A stretch of 64,000 nucleotides of DNA from assembly GCA_019057865.1 (NCBI GenBank), contig JAHLWP010000016.1, forward strand, positions 17,511 to 81,510. Reading direction: 5' to 3'. Shown here piece by piece: positions 13,594 to 24,455 of this stretch. The stretch's first letter is position 1. Every line of letters starts with the position of its first letter. This DNA is from Promethearchaeota archaeon. GTDB lineage: Archaea; Asgardarchaeota; Lokiarchaeia; Sigyniarchaeales; SOKP01. The position numbers were made by a program, and so were the translations under genes. The notes beneath the pieces were generated by a model. That model made no database searches, was not told the origin of the DNA, and saw only the letters and a program-made list of their open reading frames with translations.

Positions 13594-14214
13594 ATGGAAA
13601 AAAATTGGTTTTTTAAATTAACAAAAAGCAAAATTGTAATTTTTCTGTTTCAAATTGTTATTTTAAGTTTAATTATTTATAGTTTTGATTATAAATTTAA
13701 TATTAATTTCGATACAGATATTTCAATAGAACATAAAAAGATTATACAATTTTTAGCTAATTACATAATGTTTGATAACCTCTATAATTTAGTCTTTATT
13801 TACTCAATTTGGATAATAGTATCACTAATACCAATTTTCATATTTAATGATTATAAAAAGGCTTATTCTACGAATTTAACAACCTTTTTCTTTCCTAATT
13901 TTTTTTTCTATGTTTTTTTGCGGAATCATTATCGACTATATTTTAATGCAAATTTTCTGAATTTATTTATAAAGACTATTATCCTTGGTATTTTTATTGT
14001 ATCATTATCAATTGTATTAGCTTTAACCTTACAGGCTATCATAAAACCTAACGCTGAGGGTCAATATAAGGATTTACAAATAATCGCAAGCAAATGCAAA
14101 TCTAAATGTCCAAAATGTGGAACTGAGTTTAAATCAATTCCTCAATTCTGTTATAATTGTAATACTAAATTAATAGCGAATATGGAGGATAATGTTGAAA
14201 ATGCAAAACTATGA
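13594..14214 (+). CDS. Membrane protein with C-terminal zinc ribbon
   Basis: About 4 hydrophobic segments; CPKCG...FCYNC. Confidence 0.8.
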   Translation: MEKNWFFKLTKSKIVIFLFQIVILSLIIYSFDYKFNINFDTDISIEHKKIIQFLANYIMFDNLYNLVFIYSIWIIVSLIPIFIFNDYKKAYSTNLTTFFFPNFFFYVFLRNHYRLYFNANFLNLFIKTIILGIFIVSLSIVLALTLQAIIKPNAEGQYKDLQIIASKCKSKCPKCGTEFKSIPQFCYNCNTKLIANMEDNVENAKL

Positions 14215-15652
14215 TTATTCTTTAGAATTGATTTTTAAGCCTAGAAATGTAACTATTTATGAAGCAAAAGAAAAAATATCATTTTTTATAAACGGATTCA
14301 AGAGACAAGGTTTTAATTTAGAGAATTTATTTTTAATTTCTCCTACACTAGAAATGTTAACAGGTGTAAAATGCTATAATTCAGTGGATAATATCCCAAC
14401 AAATACAATTGATCTTCTAATTTTATCAGTAAGAAGGGAATTTCTTATTAAATCATTGCAAGAGATTCTCTCAAAAAAGGAGATTAAGTTTATTCACATT
14501 TTTACGGCAGGCACAGGAGAAGCTGATGAAGTAGGATTGAAAATTGAAAAACAAATAAAAGAAATTCTAAATAAATATCCTAATACTCGAGCAATTGGAC
14601 CTAATTGTATGGGTTTGTATAGTCCACGTGGAAAAATAGCTTATTATCCATCTTTTCCTGTAGAGAAGGGCAATATTGGTCTAATTTTTCAATCAGGAGA
14701 TTTACATTCAAAAATGGTTAAATTTGGTTCACGTAAATACAATCTTAGATTCTCGATGGGGGTAAGTATAGGAAATTGTATTGATATACAAATTTCTGAA
14801 TTCTTACAATATTTTAATAATGACGAAGAAACTGATTTAATTTGTATTTATTTTGAAGGAATTTCACCGTTGCATATCAATGAAGGAAAAAAGTTATTGG
14901 ATGTATTAAAAAATTTGAATAAACCCATATTATTTATGAGAGGTGGAATGACTAAAAGAGGTCAAACTGCAGTTTTAACACATACAGGTTCAATGACAAC
15001 TAAACGAAGCATATGGGATGCAATATATAAACAAACATCCGTTATTGAAGTCCCTCCATCATTAGATAAATTAATTGATTATGCTTATATCTTCTCTAAT
15101 CATATAATTAGATTTAAAAAACTCAAAAAAAAAGTGATATATCCAAAAAGTAAGAGAACTTTAATGATTCTTTGGTCTGGTGGTTTTGGAATTTTAGCTA
15201 CAGATACCCTAACAGAAATGGGTCTAGAACTGCCTTATTTTGAAGGTAAGACTTTAGAAAAACTAAAAGAAATATATCCTATTACAATTGGTAGCTTATC
15301 AAATCCTCTTGACTTACCTTGGATAGAACATAAAAAAGTGTTTTTAGAAGTTGTTAAGGCAGCTATTGATGAAAAAATTGATTTAATAATAGTGGAAACA
15401 GATGCTTGGGGAGATTGGGAAGGAGAATTTTTTAAAGCATATTATAACAATTTATTTGAATTAAAAAAGTATGTTGAATCTCTCAATAAAATCTTCATCA
15501 TAATTCTACACCAATATCCTAGTAAGTCCCGAAAAGCTTTTTATGAAATGTTGATAAAAGATAATTTTCTTGTTTATCCCACCATAGAAGCAGCTGCTAA
15601 ATCCTTCTTGAATTTATTTGAATATGGAGAAAAGATAAGAAGGTCAAGATAG
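14192..15652 (+). CDS. CoA-binding protein, acyl-CoA synthetase (NDP-forming) alpha-like
   Basis: IGPNCMG, IFQSG, SIGN, AVLTHTGS, SGGFG, NPLDL. Confidence 0.88.
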   Translation: MLKMQNYDYSLELIFKPRNVTIYEAKEKISFFINGFKRQGFNLENLFLISPTLEMLTGVKCYNSVDNIPTNTIDLLILSVRREFLIKSLQEILSKKEIKFIHIFTAGTGEADEVGLKIEKQIKEILNKYPNTRAIGPNCMGLYSPRGKIAYYPSFPVEKGNIGLIFQSGDLHSKMVKFGSRKYNLRFSMGVSIGNCIDIQISEFLQYFNNDEETDLICIYFEGISPLHINEGKKLLDVLKNLNKPILFMRGGMTKRGQTAVLTHTGSMTTKRSIWDAIYKQTSVIEVPPSLDKLIDYAYIFSNHIIRFKKLKKKVIYPKSKRTLMILWSGGFGILATDTLTEMGLELPYFEGKTLEKLKEIYPITIGSLSNPLDLPWIEHKKVFLEVVKAAIDEKIDLIIVETDAWGDWEGEFFKAYYNNLFELKKYVESLNKIFIIILHQYPSKSRKAFYEMLIKDNFLVYPTIEAAAKSFLNLFEYGEKIRRSR

Positions 15653-15668
15653 AACCATTTTCCAAAAT

Positions 15669-16277
15669 TTATTGCTTTTTGACAATATAATCTAACATGC
15701 CAGGTAGATAGGAAACATCATTAATAAAAACCCGTTTCTTCTCTTTATAAATAATTTTATGATTTTTGAAAAAAATATCTGCTTCATTGTCTGTATAGAA
15801 ACAATGTAATACCTCTTCGTCATCATAGTTTTTTACAAATTCTCCAGGTCTTACTTCCTTACCATCTCCATAAAAAGAATCTTCGACAGAAAGAAGATTT
15901 ACAAATAGAAGTCCATTTTTTTTCAATACACGGAACATTTCATCTAATGCTATTTTTGTCTCCTTTTTAGTTAAGTGAAAGATTGTATTATAAGTGTATG
16001 TAAAACCAAATGAATTTGAATCAAATTCTATATATCGCATATCTCCCTTTTTAATATTTAATGTAATATTTTTGTTTTGAGAATATTCATTTGCCCAGTT
16101 TATTCTTTCCTCTGAAATCTCGATACCATAAGTTTCATATCCATAATAGGAAAATAAGGCTAATTTTGGGAATCGCCCTCCTGCTCCACAATCAAGTATT
16201 GTTTTCTCCATCGAACTCTCGTTTGTAAATTTAAGAAAATTATATAATGATGCTGGAAATATTTCACTTACCATCAA
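15669..16277 (-). CDS. Class I SAM-dependent methyltransferase
   Basis: ILDCGAGG, GDMR, EMFRVLKKNG. Confidence 0.9.
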   Translation of the reverse strand: MMVSEIFPASLYNFLKFTNESSMEKTILDCGAGGRFPKLALFSYYGYETYGIEISEERINWANEYSQNKNITLNIKKGDMRYIEFDSNSFGFTYTYNTIFHLTKKETKIALDEMFRVLKKNGLLFVNLLSVEDSFYGDGKEVRPGEFVKNYDDEEVLHCFYTDNEADIFFKNHKIIYKEKKRVFINDVSYLPGMLDYIVKKQ

Positions 16278-16289
16278 AATTCACCTTTA

Positions 16290-16862
16290 TTAGAGCTTAT
16301 CATAATCTAATTTATTTTTTTCTAATACTTTAATAACAAGTTCTTTAAAAATTTTTTGAACATTATAATTATCTTTTGAAGATGTTTTAAAAAATAACCC
16401 TTCATCATGCCTTTCCATGAATCTTTTTATAACTAAATCATCAACCTTACTTTTCTCGTCAGCAATTTTAACTAGGTCATTTTTTGTCCCTATGAAAATC
16501 CTTGGAGTTTTTCCATGATTATAATCACCTAATCTCTCGTACCACCAGTCTAATCTCAATAAAGTTTGAAGATCTACTAAATCAAATACCATGAATATTC
16601 CATTAACGCCATTAATGTAGTAAGGAAAGAATTTTTTAAACTGTTCACGACCGCCAAAATCCCAAATACTCAGCCGAATAAATGTATCTTCGCCGTCAAC
16701 AATAGCAGGAATATTATGAGTATAAAAATCTATCCCAATTGTTTCTTTTGTATTTGCGTCAAAAGTATCAAAACATAATCTCCTTGCAAGGCAAGTTTTT
16801 CCTACTCGTTCTTGCCCAAGTACGCATATCTTGAAAATATAAATTGGTTTCTCTTCAATCAT
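16290..16862 (-). CDS. Rab-like small GTPase
   Basis: GQERVGKT, TIGIDF, WDFGG, TKND, TSSK. Confidence 0.93.
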   Translation of the reverse strand: MIEEKPIYIFKICVLGQERVGKTCLARRLCFDTFDANTKETIGIDFYTHNIPAIVDGEDTFIRLSIWDFGGREQFKKFFPYYINGVNGIFMVFDLVDLQTLLRLDWWYERLGDYNHGKTPRIFIGTKNDLVKIADEKSKVDDLVIKRFMERHDEGLFFKTSSKDNYNVQKIFKELVIKVLEKNKLDYDKL

Positions 16863-16995
16863 CTCTTATTTGCTCCATATACTACTAGTCTTGGTAAAAT
16901 TTCTAAGTTGTATTATAATTGGAAATTATTAAAATTCTTAAAGTAATTAACAATTTTAAACTTTATAATAAATACTAAGAAAGATTGAAATCATT

Positions 16996-17488
16996 ATGAA
17001 TGAAAAGGATGACTATACAATACATCGAGCATCAATTCATGAAATTAAACTTATCCAAGAAGTCTTATTAGCAGCATTTGAGGAATATCGTGACTTTTAT
17101 TCTCCAGAAGCTTTTGCAGATACAATATTATCAAATGAAGAAACTACTAAAGAGCGGTTAAATCAAATGAAAGTGTATGTAGCAATTGAACATGGTGGAA
17201 AAGTAATTGGAACTATTGAATGGCAGAAAATAGACGAGGAAGAAGGTCATATTCGAGGGATGGCAATGCATCCAAAAAAAATAAGGGATGAATAGCCCAG
17301 CAACTTCCTTATTGCAGCATGTGGAAGAGGAAGCGCGTTCGGAGGGATGCAAAATTATGACATTGGATACTACAGAAATTCTACAAAAAGCTCAAAAATT
17401 CTATAGGAGAAATGGGTATAAAAAAACAGGTAAAACAACACTATGGTTTGGGCACCTTATTTATGAATTTGCCAAGAAATTAATATAA
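16996..17488 (+). pseudogene. GNAT acetyltransferase broken into two ORFs at an A-tract
   Basis: 5' half ends GHIRGMAMHPKK; 3' half has LLQHVEEEAR...AQKFYRRNGY in another frame. Confidence 0.7.
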
Positions 17489-17561
17489 TATCTGTTTATT
17501 CAAAAAATCAGTTCTTTTATATACCCTATTTACTCTAGAAAAGTAGAGGGGTGGTATTATA

Positions 17562-17762
17562 ATGAAAAAGAATGCAAAAGTAAGTTTATTTGTAATTCTA
17601 TTTGGAGTTAGTAATTTACTAATCGGTATAACACTATTTTTCATAGCAATAACTTGGTGGGAAGTGATGTTTGTTCAAGTACTCCATGGGCTGATATTTA
17701 TATTAACCTCTATTCTATTAGTATCTACTGGAATCTATTTAATCGCGAGATATATTACATAA
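17562..17762 (+). CDS. Small 2-TM membrane protein
   Basis: Hydrophobic ORF with GGTGG SD. Confidence 0.65.
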   Translation: MKKNAKVSLFVILFGVSNLLIGITLFFIAITWWEVMFVQVLHGLIFILTSILLVSTGIYLIARYIT

Positions 17763-17865
17763 ACTAATTCAATAAATATAGCATTAAGTTTATTACAATC
17801 ATTTTTTTAATCAATTAAAAAGAAAAAAAAGAGTTAAAAATGTAGTAAGCTAACATGAAATTGCC

Positions 17866-18072
17866 CTATATCAAACCTATGGCAATCTTCATATCGGCTT
17901 GTGTTACTTTCTTTCTACCGGAGTGTTTAGCAATGTCTAGCGCGCATCCAGTTAATGTTTTAGCATATTCTTCTAAATAATCCATCAATTTATCAACTGC
18001 AGCTCGACTTACGATTTCAGCTCCGGCTTTTTTCATTAGAGCCCTAAGAGGACTCCATGCAAATGCAGCCAT
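17866..18072 (-). CDS. Archaeal histone
   Basis: RALMKKAGAEIVSRAA...AKHSGRKKVTQADM histone fold; GGAGG SD. Confidence 0.96.
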   Translation of the reverse strand: MAAFAWSPLRALMKKAGAEIVSRAAVDKLMDYLEEYAKTLTGCALDIAKHSGRKKVTQADMKIAIGLI

Positions 18073-18515
18073 TTTTTATTCCTCCACTAATTTTTTTTAA
18101 TTAATGATTTTTTAATTTTTAAAGTGTATTTAAATTTAAATTAGTATTCCTAATATATAAATGTGTTGGTTGATCTTTAGTAATCTGATAAATGTGATCA
18201 ATCAAATACGGTCGACAAAAAAAATTGATGAAAAAAATTAACAAATTTTTTACTAGTGAATTCAGTTATTAAGAAATGATCAAATTTTGTTATCAAATGA
18301 TATGATCATTCCTAATTCAATTGATCATTCATCATCGATAGGTGAAACATATCTGGCTTATTATCAAGAAACTTCTAGGAGATAAAAATTTTGCTTATCT
18401 AATAGAACTATATTCTGTATAAAGATGAAACGTAGTATTTTAATTGAACTTTTAAATAAAAATGATAATATAAAAAAGTTATTTAGAGGTTTTTATTTTT
18501 CAAAATTATTAGTAC

Positions 18516-18896
18516 CTAGGCAAATAACTCAAGATATTGTCCTGCTATTCCAAAGAAATCTAAATCATCTAATTCTTCAAAATCTCCCTTAAAATATAAA
18601 ATTACATCACCCTCAGAATCAAGAATCTGTCCTTTATCTTTTTTATACTCGAAAATAAGTCTATTATCAAACGAAGAGTAAATCTTTCCATCTTCGAGCC
18701 ATCCCTGTTTTTCTCCCTCATTCCAAGTTATATCTCCATCTTCTGTAAGAATTAAAAGAGTATAACCTGATTTATCCTTAAATTCATTATTCTCTATATA
18801 ACCTAATAATTTACTTTTCTTATTCAAATATTTCTTCCCATCTATATATCCTTCAAGCTTATCTTTTTTATTTAATACTTCTATCATAAAATGCAC
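18516..18896 (-). CDS. Hypothetical beta-rich protein
   Basis: ORF with GGTG upstream. Confidence 0.7.
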   Translation of the reverse strand: MHFMIEVLNKKDKLEGYIDGKKYLNKKSKLLGYIENNEFKDKSGYTLLILTEDGDITWNEGEKQGWLEDGKIYSSFDNRLIFEYKKDKGQILDSEGDVILYFKGDFEELDDLDFFGIAGQYLELFA

Positions 18897-18986
18897 CCCA
18901 AATTAAGTATTATGTTATTGATTGGACTATTAAAGTAATTAAGATATGATTTATTAAAATATTTTAGATTAACAAATAGTATTGAA

Positions 18987-19529
18987 TTATACAATAGTCT
19001 TTTGTTCAGTTGAATATCTTTCAAACAAAATTTCTGTCAAAACTTCAAATGCTTTTTCTACATTTTGCCCTGTTTTTGAAGATAATTCCGCAAATGAGGC
19101 AAGATTATATTTCCTTGCCGATAGTATTCCATCATTTCTTAACACGGCTCTAAATTCATCCAAATCGAGTTTTGAACCAATTAACATTATGGGTATATCA
19201 CCTGCATGCTCTCTGATGATTGACGTCCAATCTGGTAGATGGTCGAGAGTAGTAGAATTAGTTATATCATAAAGAAAGAAAGCACCATTAGCACCCTTAC
19301 AATATTGATGAAGAAGAAATCTGAATCGTTCTTCTCCTCCAAAATCCCATATTTGAAGTTTAACTTTTTTATCTTTAAAATTAGTAGTTTTTGAATAAAA
19401 GTCTACACCAATAGTTAATTTGAGGTCTTCTAAAAAAAATCCAGAGATATATCTTATTGTAAGTGAGGTCTTACCAACGCTAGCATCACCTAGCATTAAT
19501 ATTTTATAGGTAAAATCATAATCGGTCAT
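18987..19529 (-). CDS. Rab-like small GTPase
   Basis: GDASVGKT, TIGVDF, KLQIWDFGGEERFR, SKLD, SSKTG. Confidence 0.95.
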   Translation of the reverse strand: MTDYDFTYKILMLGDASVGKTSLTIRYISGFFLEDLKLTIGVDFYSKTTNFKDKKVKLQIWDFGGEERFRFLLHQYCKGANGAFFLYDITNSTTLDHLPDWTSIIREHAGDIPIMLIGSKLDLDEFRAVLRNDGILSARKYNLASFAELSSKTGQNVEKAFEVLTEILFERYSTEQKTIV

Positions 19530-19682
19530 TATTTATTATTCAAATTAGAAATTGGTGTTGATTTTTTTATAATATTGATATTGATTATGTTATTTTATCG
19601 ATTTTAATTTAAAATATTAATATACCAAGTATTAATTAAATTTTGTTTAATTTAAAGTTATTATTTTAAAATGAAATATTAC

Positions 19683-20336
19683 TCATAATATAATGATTAA
19701 AATATTAAAAATAGAATGAGCAATTGAGACAGGGATTATTGAATAATCAAAATATATAAAAATAAAAGATAACAAAAGTCCAATACTAAAATAATATCCG
19801 AAAAAAGTAATCATGGTTGTAATTGGCACTAAGAAGGGAGGAACATGGTAAAGTGTAAAAAATATTGACGAGAATATAAAGGCATATCTTAATCTCATTT
19901 TATTTTTAAATTTGTTTATTAAAAATGCTCGGAAGAAGGCTTCTTCACAAATTCCAATAATCAAAAACTGTAAAACAATGATTATTATTACTTGAATTAT
20001 ACTCGGTTGAATTGGTTGGGTTGAAATTGCTCCTGCATCACCATGTTGCACGAAAGACGTTCCGAATATGAATTTAACAATAATATCTCTGAAAAAGTAA
20101 ATAATGAAACCACCAGTTGCAAAAAGTAAAATACCAATTCCAATACCAGTGAAGATTTTTAATAGATTTGCTATCAATGAATCTTGATTTTTTTTAAAAC
20201 CCATCTCGGTTAGTTCTTCTCTAACTCCTTTTTTCTCAATTTTTCCAGCGATGAATGCTGGTAAAATGACGAATAAAATTTCAAGAGATGATAACCCAAT
20301 TAAAATCCATGGGTTTCTTCCAATTTGGATTGACAT
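19683..20336 (-). CDS. CPBP (CAAX/Abi) intramembrane metalloprotease
   Basis: EEAFFRA, FTLYH, AHSIFN. Confidence 0.9.
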   Translation of the reverse strand: MSIQIGRNPWILIGLSSLEILFVILPAFIAGKIEKKGVREELTEMGFKKNQDSLIANLLKIFTGIGIGILLFATGGFIIYFFRDIIVKFIFGTSFVQHGDAGAISTQPIQPSIIQVIIIIVLQFLIIGICEEAFFRAFLINKFKNKMRLRYAFIFSSIFFTLYHVPPFLVPITTMITFFGYYFSIGLLLSFIFIYFDYSIIPVSIAHSIFNILIIIL

Positions 20337-20429
20337 TTATCTGAGATATATATGTTCTTAAAACTTCAAGAAATCAAAAAATTAAATATCTCATTATTAT
20401 TATTTTTATCCTATTTTTAAATACTCTAA

Positions 20430-21710
20430 ATGACAATTGAGAATAATTCGTTAAAGTCTAATAGTAAACATACAAATTATTTGTTAAAAGAGAAAGAAAA
20501 TTTATCTTATACAAGTTTTACAAAAGAACAAATCCTACTGAAAAATCTAAAAGCTATCGCGAATGAATATATTGAACTTGAAAAAATAAAAACTGAATTT
20601 ATAGAAATAATAATAAAAAATCTCGATGATTTGGATTTTTCTGGATTAATTAATTATTCTAAATATTATATTAAAGAATCTTTTTTAAAACAACAAGTTA
20701 AATCCTCAAATATTAGAGGATTAAATGTCGTTAGTGTAGATGGAAGTTCAGTTGTTAAAAAATTTATGAATGTGGACTTTTCATTTCTAAAAGCTATAGC
20801 AGTAAAATATTTATTTTACAAAAATCACACAGCAAATATTGCATATTTTCCGGACTTAAATGGGTTTAATAATTATACTGTGCAGGGAAATTATTTGAAT
20901 CGTGATGACATAACAATTGAAGCTAAGATCTCAATGGACATGAAATTCATGGAAATTAATTTACTTAACAATATGATTAATAGATATACTGATATCGATA
21001 TTGTGATTATCGACGGTTCAATTGTCATTATGCCTATTAATTTAATTTTCTCCAAAGATCCTGAAATATCTAAGAAGTATGATTTATTATTAAAAGAGTA
21101 TCATAATTTATATTTAACCTGTAAAGAAAAAGGAATTATTTTAACTGGTTCAATTAAAGATACAAGGACTTCTGCTTTAACACATTTATTAAGTGAATCT
21201 ATCCAATTATTATTACCCAGTAAATCAAATTTAAATGATTTTATTAAAATTAATTACAGAGATATAATGAGATATTTCTCTGATTTAGATTTATTTAATC
21301 GATTATTAAAAAAATATGAAAGAAGTTGTATTTTTAATTGTAAAAGAGAAATCGATAAAATTAGAGATACTGGAATAAAAAAAGAAATTCCATACTATTT
21401 TCCTCTTTCATTTTATGCTTTTTATCTTAAAACTGCTTTGTATGATACGCCATGCAGAATTGAATTTTTTATGAATGAAAAACATTCTCTTAAAAAAGCC
21501 TCTGAAAAAGCTGATTTAATTTCTTCAATATTGTTACCAATTTCAAGCTTAAATGAGCATTATGGATTGCCTATCCCACAAATTGAAGCTCATAGAAGAG
21601 CTGTTTTTAAGAAGAGTGAAATAAATCTTCTATTTAATAATTTAATTAGGACTCTAAATAAATATGGAATATCATTATTAGGTAAGAGAAGAAATAGAAG
21701 ACCGTTTTAA
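20430..21710 (+). CDS. nurA: NurA DNA double-strand break repair nuclease
   Basis: VDGS, IIDGS, YGLPIPQIEAHRRA. Confidence 0.85.
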   Translation: MTIENNSLKSNSKHTNYLLKEKENLSYTSFTKEQILLKNLKAIANEYIELEKIKTEFIEIIIKNLDDLDFSGLINYSKYYIKESFLKQQVKSSNIRGLNVVSVDGSSVVKKFMNVDFSFLKAIAVKYLFYKNHTANIAYFPDLNGFNNYTVQGNYLNRDDITIEAKISMDMKFMEINLLNNMINRYTDIDIVIIDGSIVIMPINLIFSKDPEISKKYDLLLKEYHNLYLTCKEKGIILTGSIKDTRTSALTHLLSESIQLLLPSKSNLNDFIKINYRDIMRYFSDLDLFNRLLKKYERSCIFNCKREIDKIRDTGIKKEIPYYFPLSFYAFYLKTALYDTPCRIEFFMNEKHSLKKASEKADLISSILLPISSLNEHYGLPIPQIEAHRRAVFKKSEINLLFNNLIRTLNKYGISLLGKRRNRRPF

Positions 21711-22402
21711 TTTTTCCTTAAAGTTAACCTATTTAAAATGATATCTTCAAAAAAAACATGTTTTTTATTCAAAATCTCATTTTCATATCCTTTTTGCTTT
21801 AATATATAGTTAAAATCATTTAAATTAGTTCTACTTGAATTAATAAAATATATATAGCACTTATGGTGTAAATTGAGAAACTGTCTTGCTTGTTCAATAA
21901 ACTTAAGAACTAGTTCGTAGCCTTTTATACCTCCATTCCAGCTATAATCGATATTTAATTCTCTCTCTTTCTCATTGAGATCATCCAGAGATGGTAAATA
22001 TGGAGGATTGAACATAATTATATCAAACGTATTTTTCAAATTTAAAGGAAATGATTTAAATAGATCTGATTTTATAAATGTTATTTTTTTTTTAATACCA
22101 TTTAATTTTTCATTTAACTTGGCACAAATTAAAGCTTCTTCTAAAATATCAGAAGCATAAATCTTAGCATTAAAATTAACGAAATTTTGTGTAATTAATT
22201 GAAAAAATATTGCTATAATACCTGTTCCAGTCCCTAAATCTAATATGTTTTTAATATATTTAATGTTTATTCCGTCAAAGTATTTTTCATCTACAGATTC
22301 TTTGAAATAATCAATTAATAGATAAGTATCATCAGATGGAGGATATACATTCTCAAAATCATATTTTATTATTGGATCAGGGAAAGAATTGATCTTAATC
22401 AC
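21707..22402 (-). CDS. HemK2/N6AMT1-family glutamine methyltransferase
   Basis: VYPPSDDTYLL, LDLGTGTG, FNPPY. Confidence 0.92.
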   Translation of the reverse strand: MIKINSFPDPIIKYDFENVYPPSDDTYLLIDYFKESVDEKYFDGINIKYIKNILDLGTGTGIIAIFFQLITQNFVNFNAKIYASDILEEALICAKLNEKLNGIKKKITFIKSDLFKSFPLNLKNTFDIIMFNPPYLPSLDDLNEKERELNIDYSWNGGIKGYELVLKFIEQARQFLNLHHKCYIYFINSSRTNLNDFNYILKQKGYENEILNKKHVFFEDIILNRLTLRKN

Positions 22403-23258
22403 TTTTTTTTTTAAAGTTATAGAAATTGAAAACTGATTTACTTAATTCTATTAATTCTTCTATTTTAAAGCTAAAAAGTTTGTTATTATTAAATTTTTTT
22501 TTTTTAAGAATCTGTAAAATTCCTTTTTTTTCCAATTTACTTATTCCATTTTGTTTTAAAAATAATTCAATTGCATTTACAATATTTTTATTCTTGTAAG
22601 GCATAATTCCAGCTAAAAACTTTAAGTAGAATTTCTTTCCATCATCTTTTAATAAAAATTGGTTTATTTGGACTTTAGGTGCTATGTTTATCAAAGCAAG
22701 ATCGATTTTTGGAACTGGATAAAAAGAATTCCGAGGAATTGTGAATTTTGAAATTGGTTTCATAAAAGAATTAAAACTAATCGTAATTCTAGAATATTTT
22801 TTATAATCTCCTTCGAAAAATATTCTATCAGCAATATTTTTTCCTATTATTAGGATTCCTTGAGGAGGTTTTTCTTTAAAAAAAATTCTTTCAAAAATTG
22901 GACCAGTTATTTTGTAAGGAATATTAGAAACAACTTTATTATGAAATGGAATGCCCACTTTTAAGATATCTCCATTTGTGATCTCAATATTTCTATGATT
23001 TGAGAATTTTTCTGAAATATATTTACAAAGAATAGGATCAATTTCAATAGCATATACTTTTTTCGCCTTCTCAATTAATCTCTCTGTTAAGGCTCCCAAA
23101 CCTGGACCGATCTCTAATATTATATCATCACTTGTAATATGAGACTCTGAAATAACCTTGTTTAAGGTGTTATTATCAACAAGGAAATTTTGCCCAAGAT
23201 GTTTTTTAGGTTTTAAGTCTAACTCCTTAAGGATAAGTCTTATCTCTTTTAAATTCAT
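22395..23258 (-). CDS. rsmA: 16S rRNA adenine dimethyltransferase KsgA/Dim1
   Basis: KHLGQNFL, LEIGPGLGALT, VSNIPY. Confidence 0.96.
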   Translation of the reverse strand: MNLKEIRLILKELDLKPKKHLGQNFLVDNNTLNKVISESHITSDDIILEIGPGLGALTERLIEKAKKVYAIEIDPILCKYISEKFSNHRNIEITNGDILKVGIPFHNKVVSNIPYKITGPIFERIFFKEKPPQGILIIGKNIADRIFFEGDYKKYSRITISFNSFMKPISKFTIPRNSFYPVPKIDLALINIAPKVQINQFLLKDDGKKFYLKFLAGIMPYKNKNIVNAIELFLKQNGISKLEKKGILQILKKKKFNNNKLFSFKIEELIELSKSVFNFYNFKKKSD

Positions 23259-23263
23259 AGTGT

Positions 23264-23905
23264 TTATTCATATTTTTGCGTTTTGCTAAAAAGATAGTAT
23301 TTTGCATCCCTTTGAAGTTCTTTAATAATTCTTTGGGCAATCAATTTAGCAGGATTTGATATACTAGTTCTATCTGCAATATCTTGAAATGTTGTGAATT
23401 TTTGTTTTTCTCTTATCTCTAGAATTTCCCACATATGCTTCTGTCCTATACCAGGCAGCAATTTTAAAGCGTGCATTCTAGGAGTAATCGAAGTAGAATT
23501 ATTGAAGAAATTTATAAATTCTCCCTCATATTTTAATACCTCTTTTTCGAGAATTGACTGAATTAAAGCTTTTGAGGTATTAGTTAAATCGTTATAATCA
23601 ATTTTTTTTAAAACATCTCTTAATTTTCCTTCCCTCAGGAAATCTTCATAAGTTTTCTGTTCTTGTACCTTTATATCAGAATTTTTATTAACTTTAACTT
23701 CATATAGTACAAAATCAGGAAAAGTAAGTACTTGAGCTAACGGAGTTTTTGACCAACTTGGCCTATCTTCCTCTGGATGACCATGTAGTAATAAATCTAG
23801 GATTACTACATCTCGAAATTTCTTTATGAATTGCTTTTTCGGTTTTGGACGACCGCGATAAGTTTTTCTTCGAGCTGTCCTTCTGTATTGGTCTCTTCTT
23901 TCCAT
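23264..23905 (-). CDS. DUF655 family putative RNA-binding protein
   Basis: FFNNSTSITPRMHALKLLPGIGQK; conserved position between rpo4 and ksgA. Confidence 0.9.
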   Translation of the reverse strand: MERRDQYRRTARRKTYRGRPKPKKQFIKKFRDVVILDLLLHGHPEEDRPSWSKTPLAQVLTFPDFVLYEVKVNKNSDIKVQEQKTYEDFLREGKLRDVLKKIDYNDLTNTSKALIQSILEKEVLKYEGEFINFFNNSTSITPRMHALKLLPGIGQKHMWEILEIREKQKFTTFQDIADRTSISNPAKLIAQRIIKELQRDAKYYLFSKTQKYE

Positions 23906-24073
23906 AATAACTTTTTGTTTTAATTTTTACTTTTCTGTTTACCATACTAAAAATTTTTTTAACATGTACTTAATATTGAGAGAGTATTCATTAAAATTTA
24001 AAACAACATAGATTTATAAATTCTTCGGATTTCAAAACTTAGTGTAAAAATTTCTTATCTATGAAGATTTTAG

Positions 24074-24439
24074 TTATGATGTTTTGATATCTTCGATCTG
24101 GTAAAGAATCTCTTGTAATTGATCGTCATTTAAGGTTTTTCCGTTATAAGACTTCTCAAAAATCATCCGCAATTCTGGAATAGATTGAGGATCAATATTT
24201 ACAACGTTTATAGCATAAATTTCTTCAATATCATATTTATCCACTAAAAATTTTATAATTTTAATCGAGATTTTTGTTGGTATCTTAGAAAATTTATTTA
24301 CGTAATTATAAGTTATTTCTTGAAAATGTGACATATCCTCTTCGGAATCAATTTCTAATATCTTTTCCTTTACATATTCCATAATTTCTTTTACTTCAGG
24401 TATTGATACTATTTTTTCATCAACTTTTCGTCCAGACAT
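24074..24439 (-). CDS. rpo4: RNA polymerase subunit F (Rpo4)
   Basis: VSIPEVKEI...YNYVNKFSK...VNIDPQSIPELR; synteny. Confidence 0.88.
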   Translation of the reverse strand: MSGRKVDEKIVSIPEVKEIMEYVKEKILEIDSEEDMSHFQEITYNYVNKFSKIPTKISIKIIKFLVDKYDIEEIYAINVVNIDPQSIPELRMIFEKSYNGKTLNDDQLQEILYQIEDIKTS

Positions 24440-24455
24440 TAAATTACCTTCATTT

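Noticed and set aside
17270-17296. Split GNAT gene as a third intron or a programmed frameshift
   Set aside because: No extra inserted or hairpin sequence. The break is at an A-tract and the downstream frame has TAA just before its ATG, so decay or sequencing error is more likely
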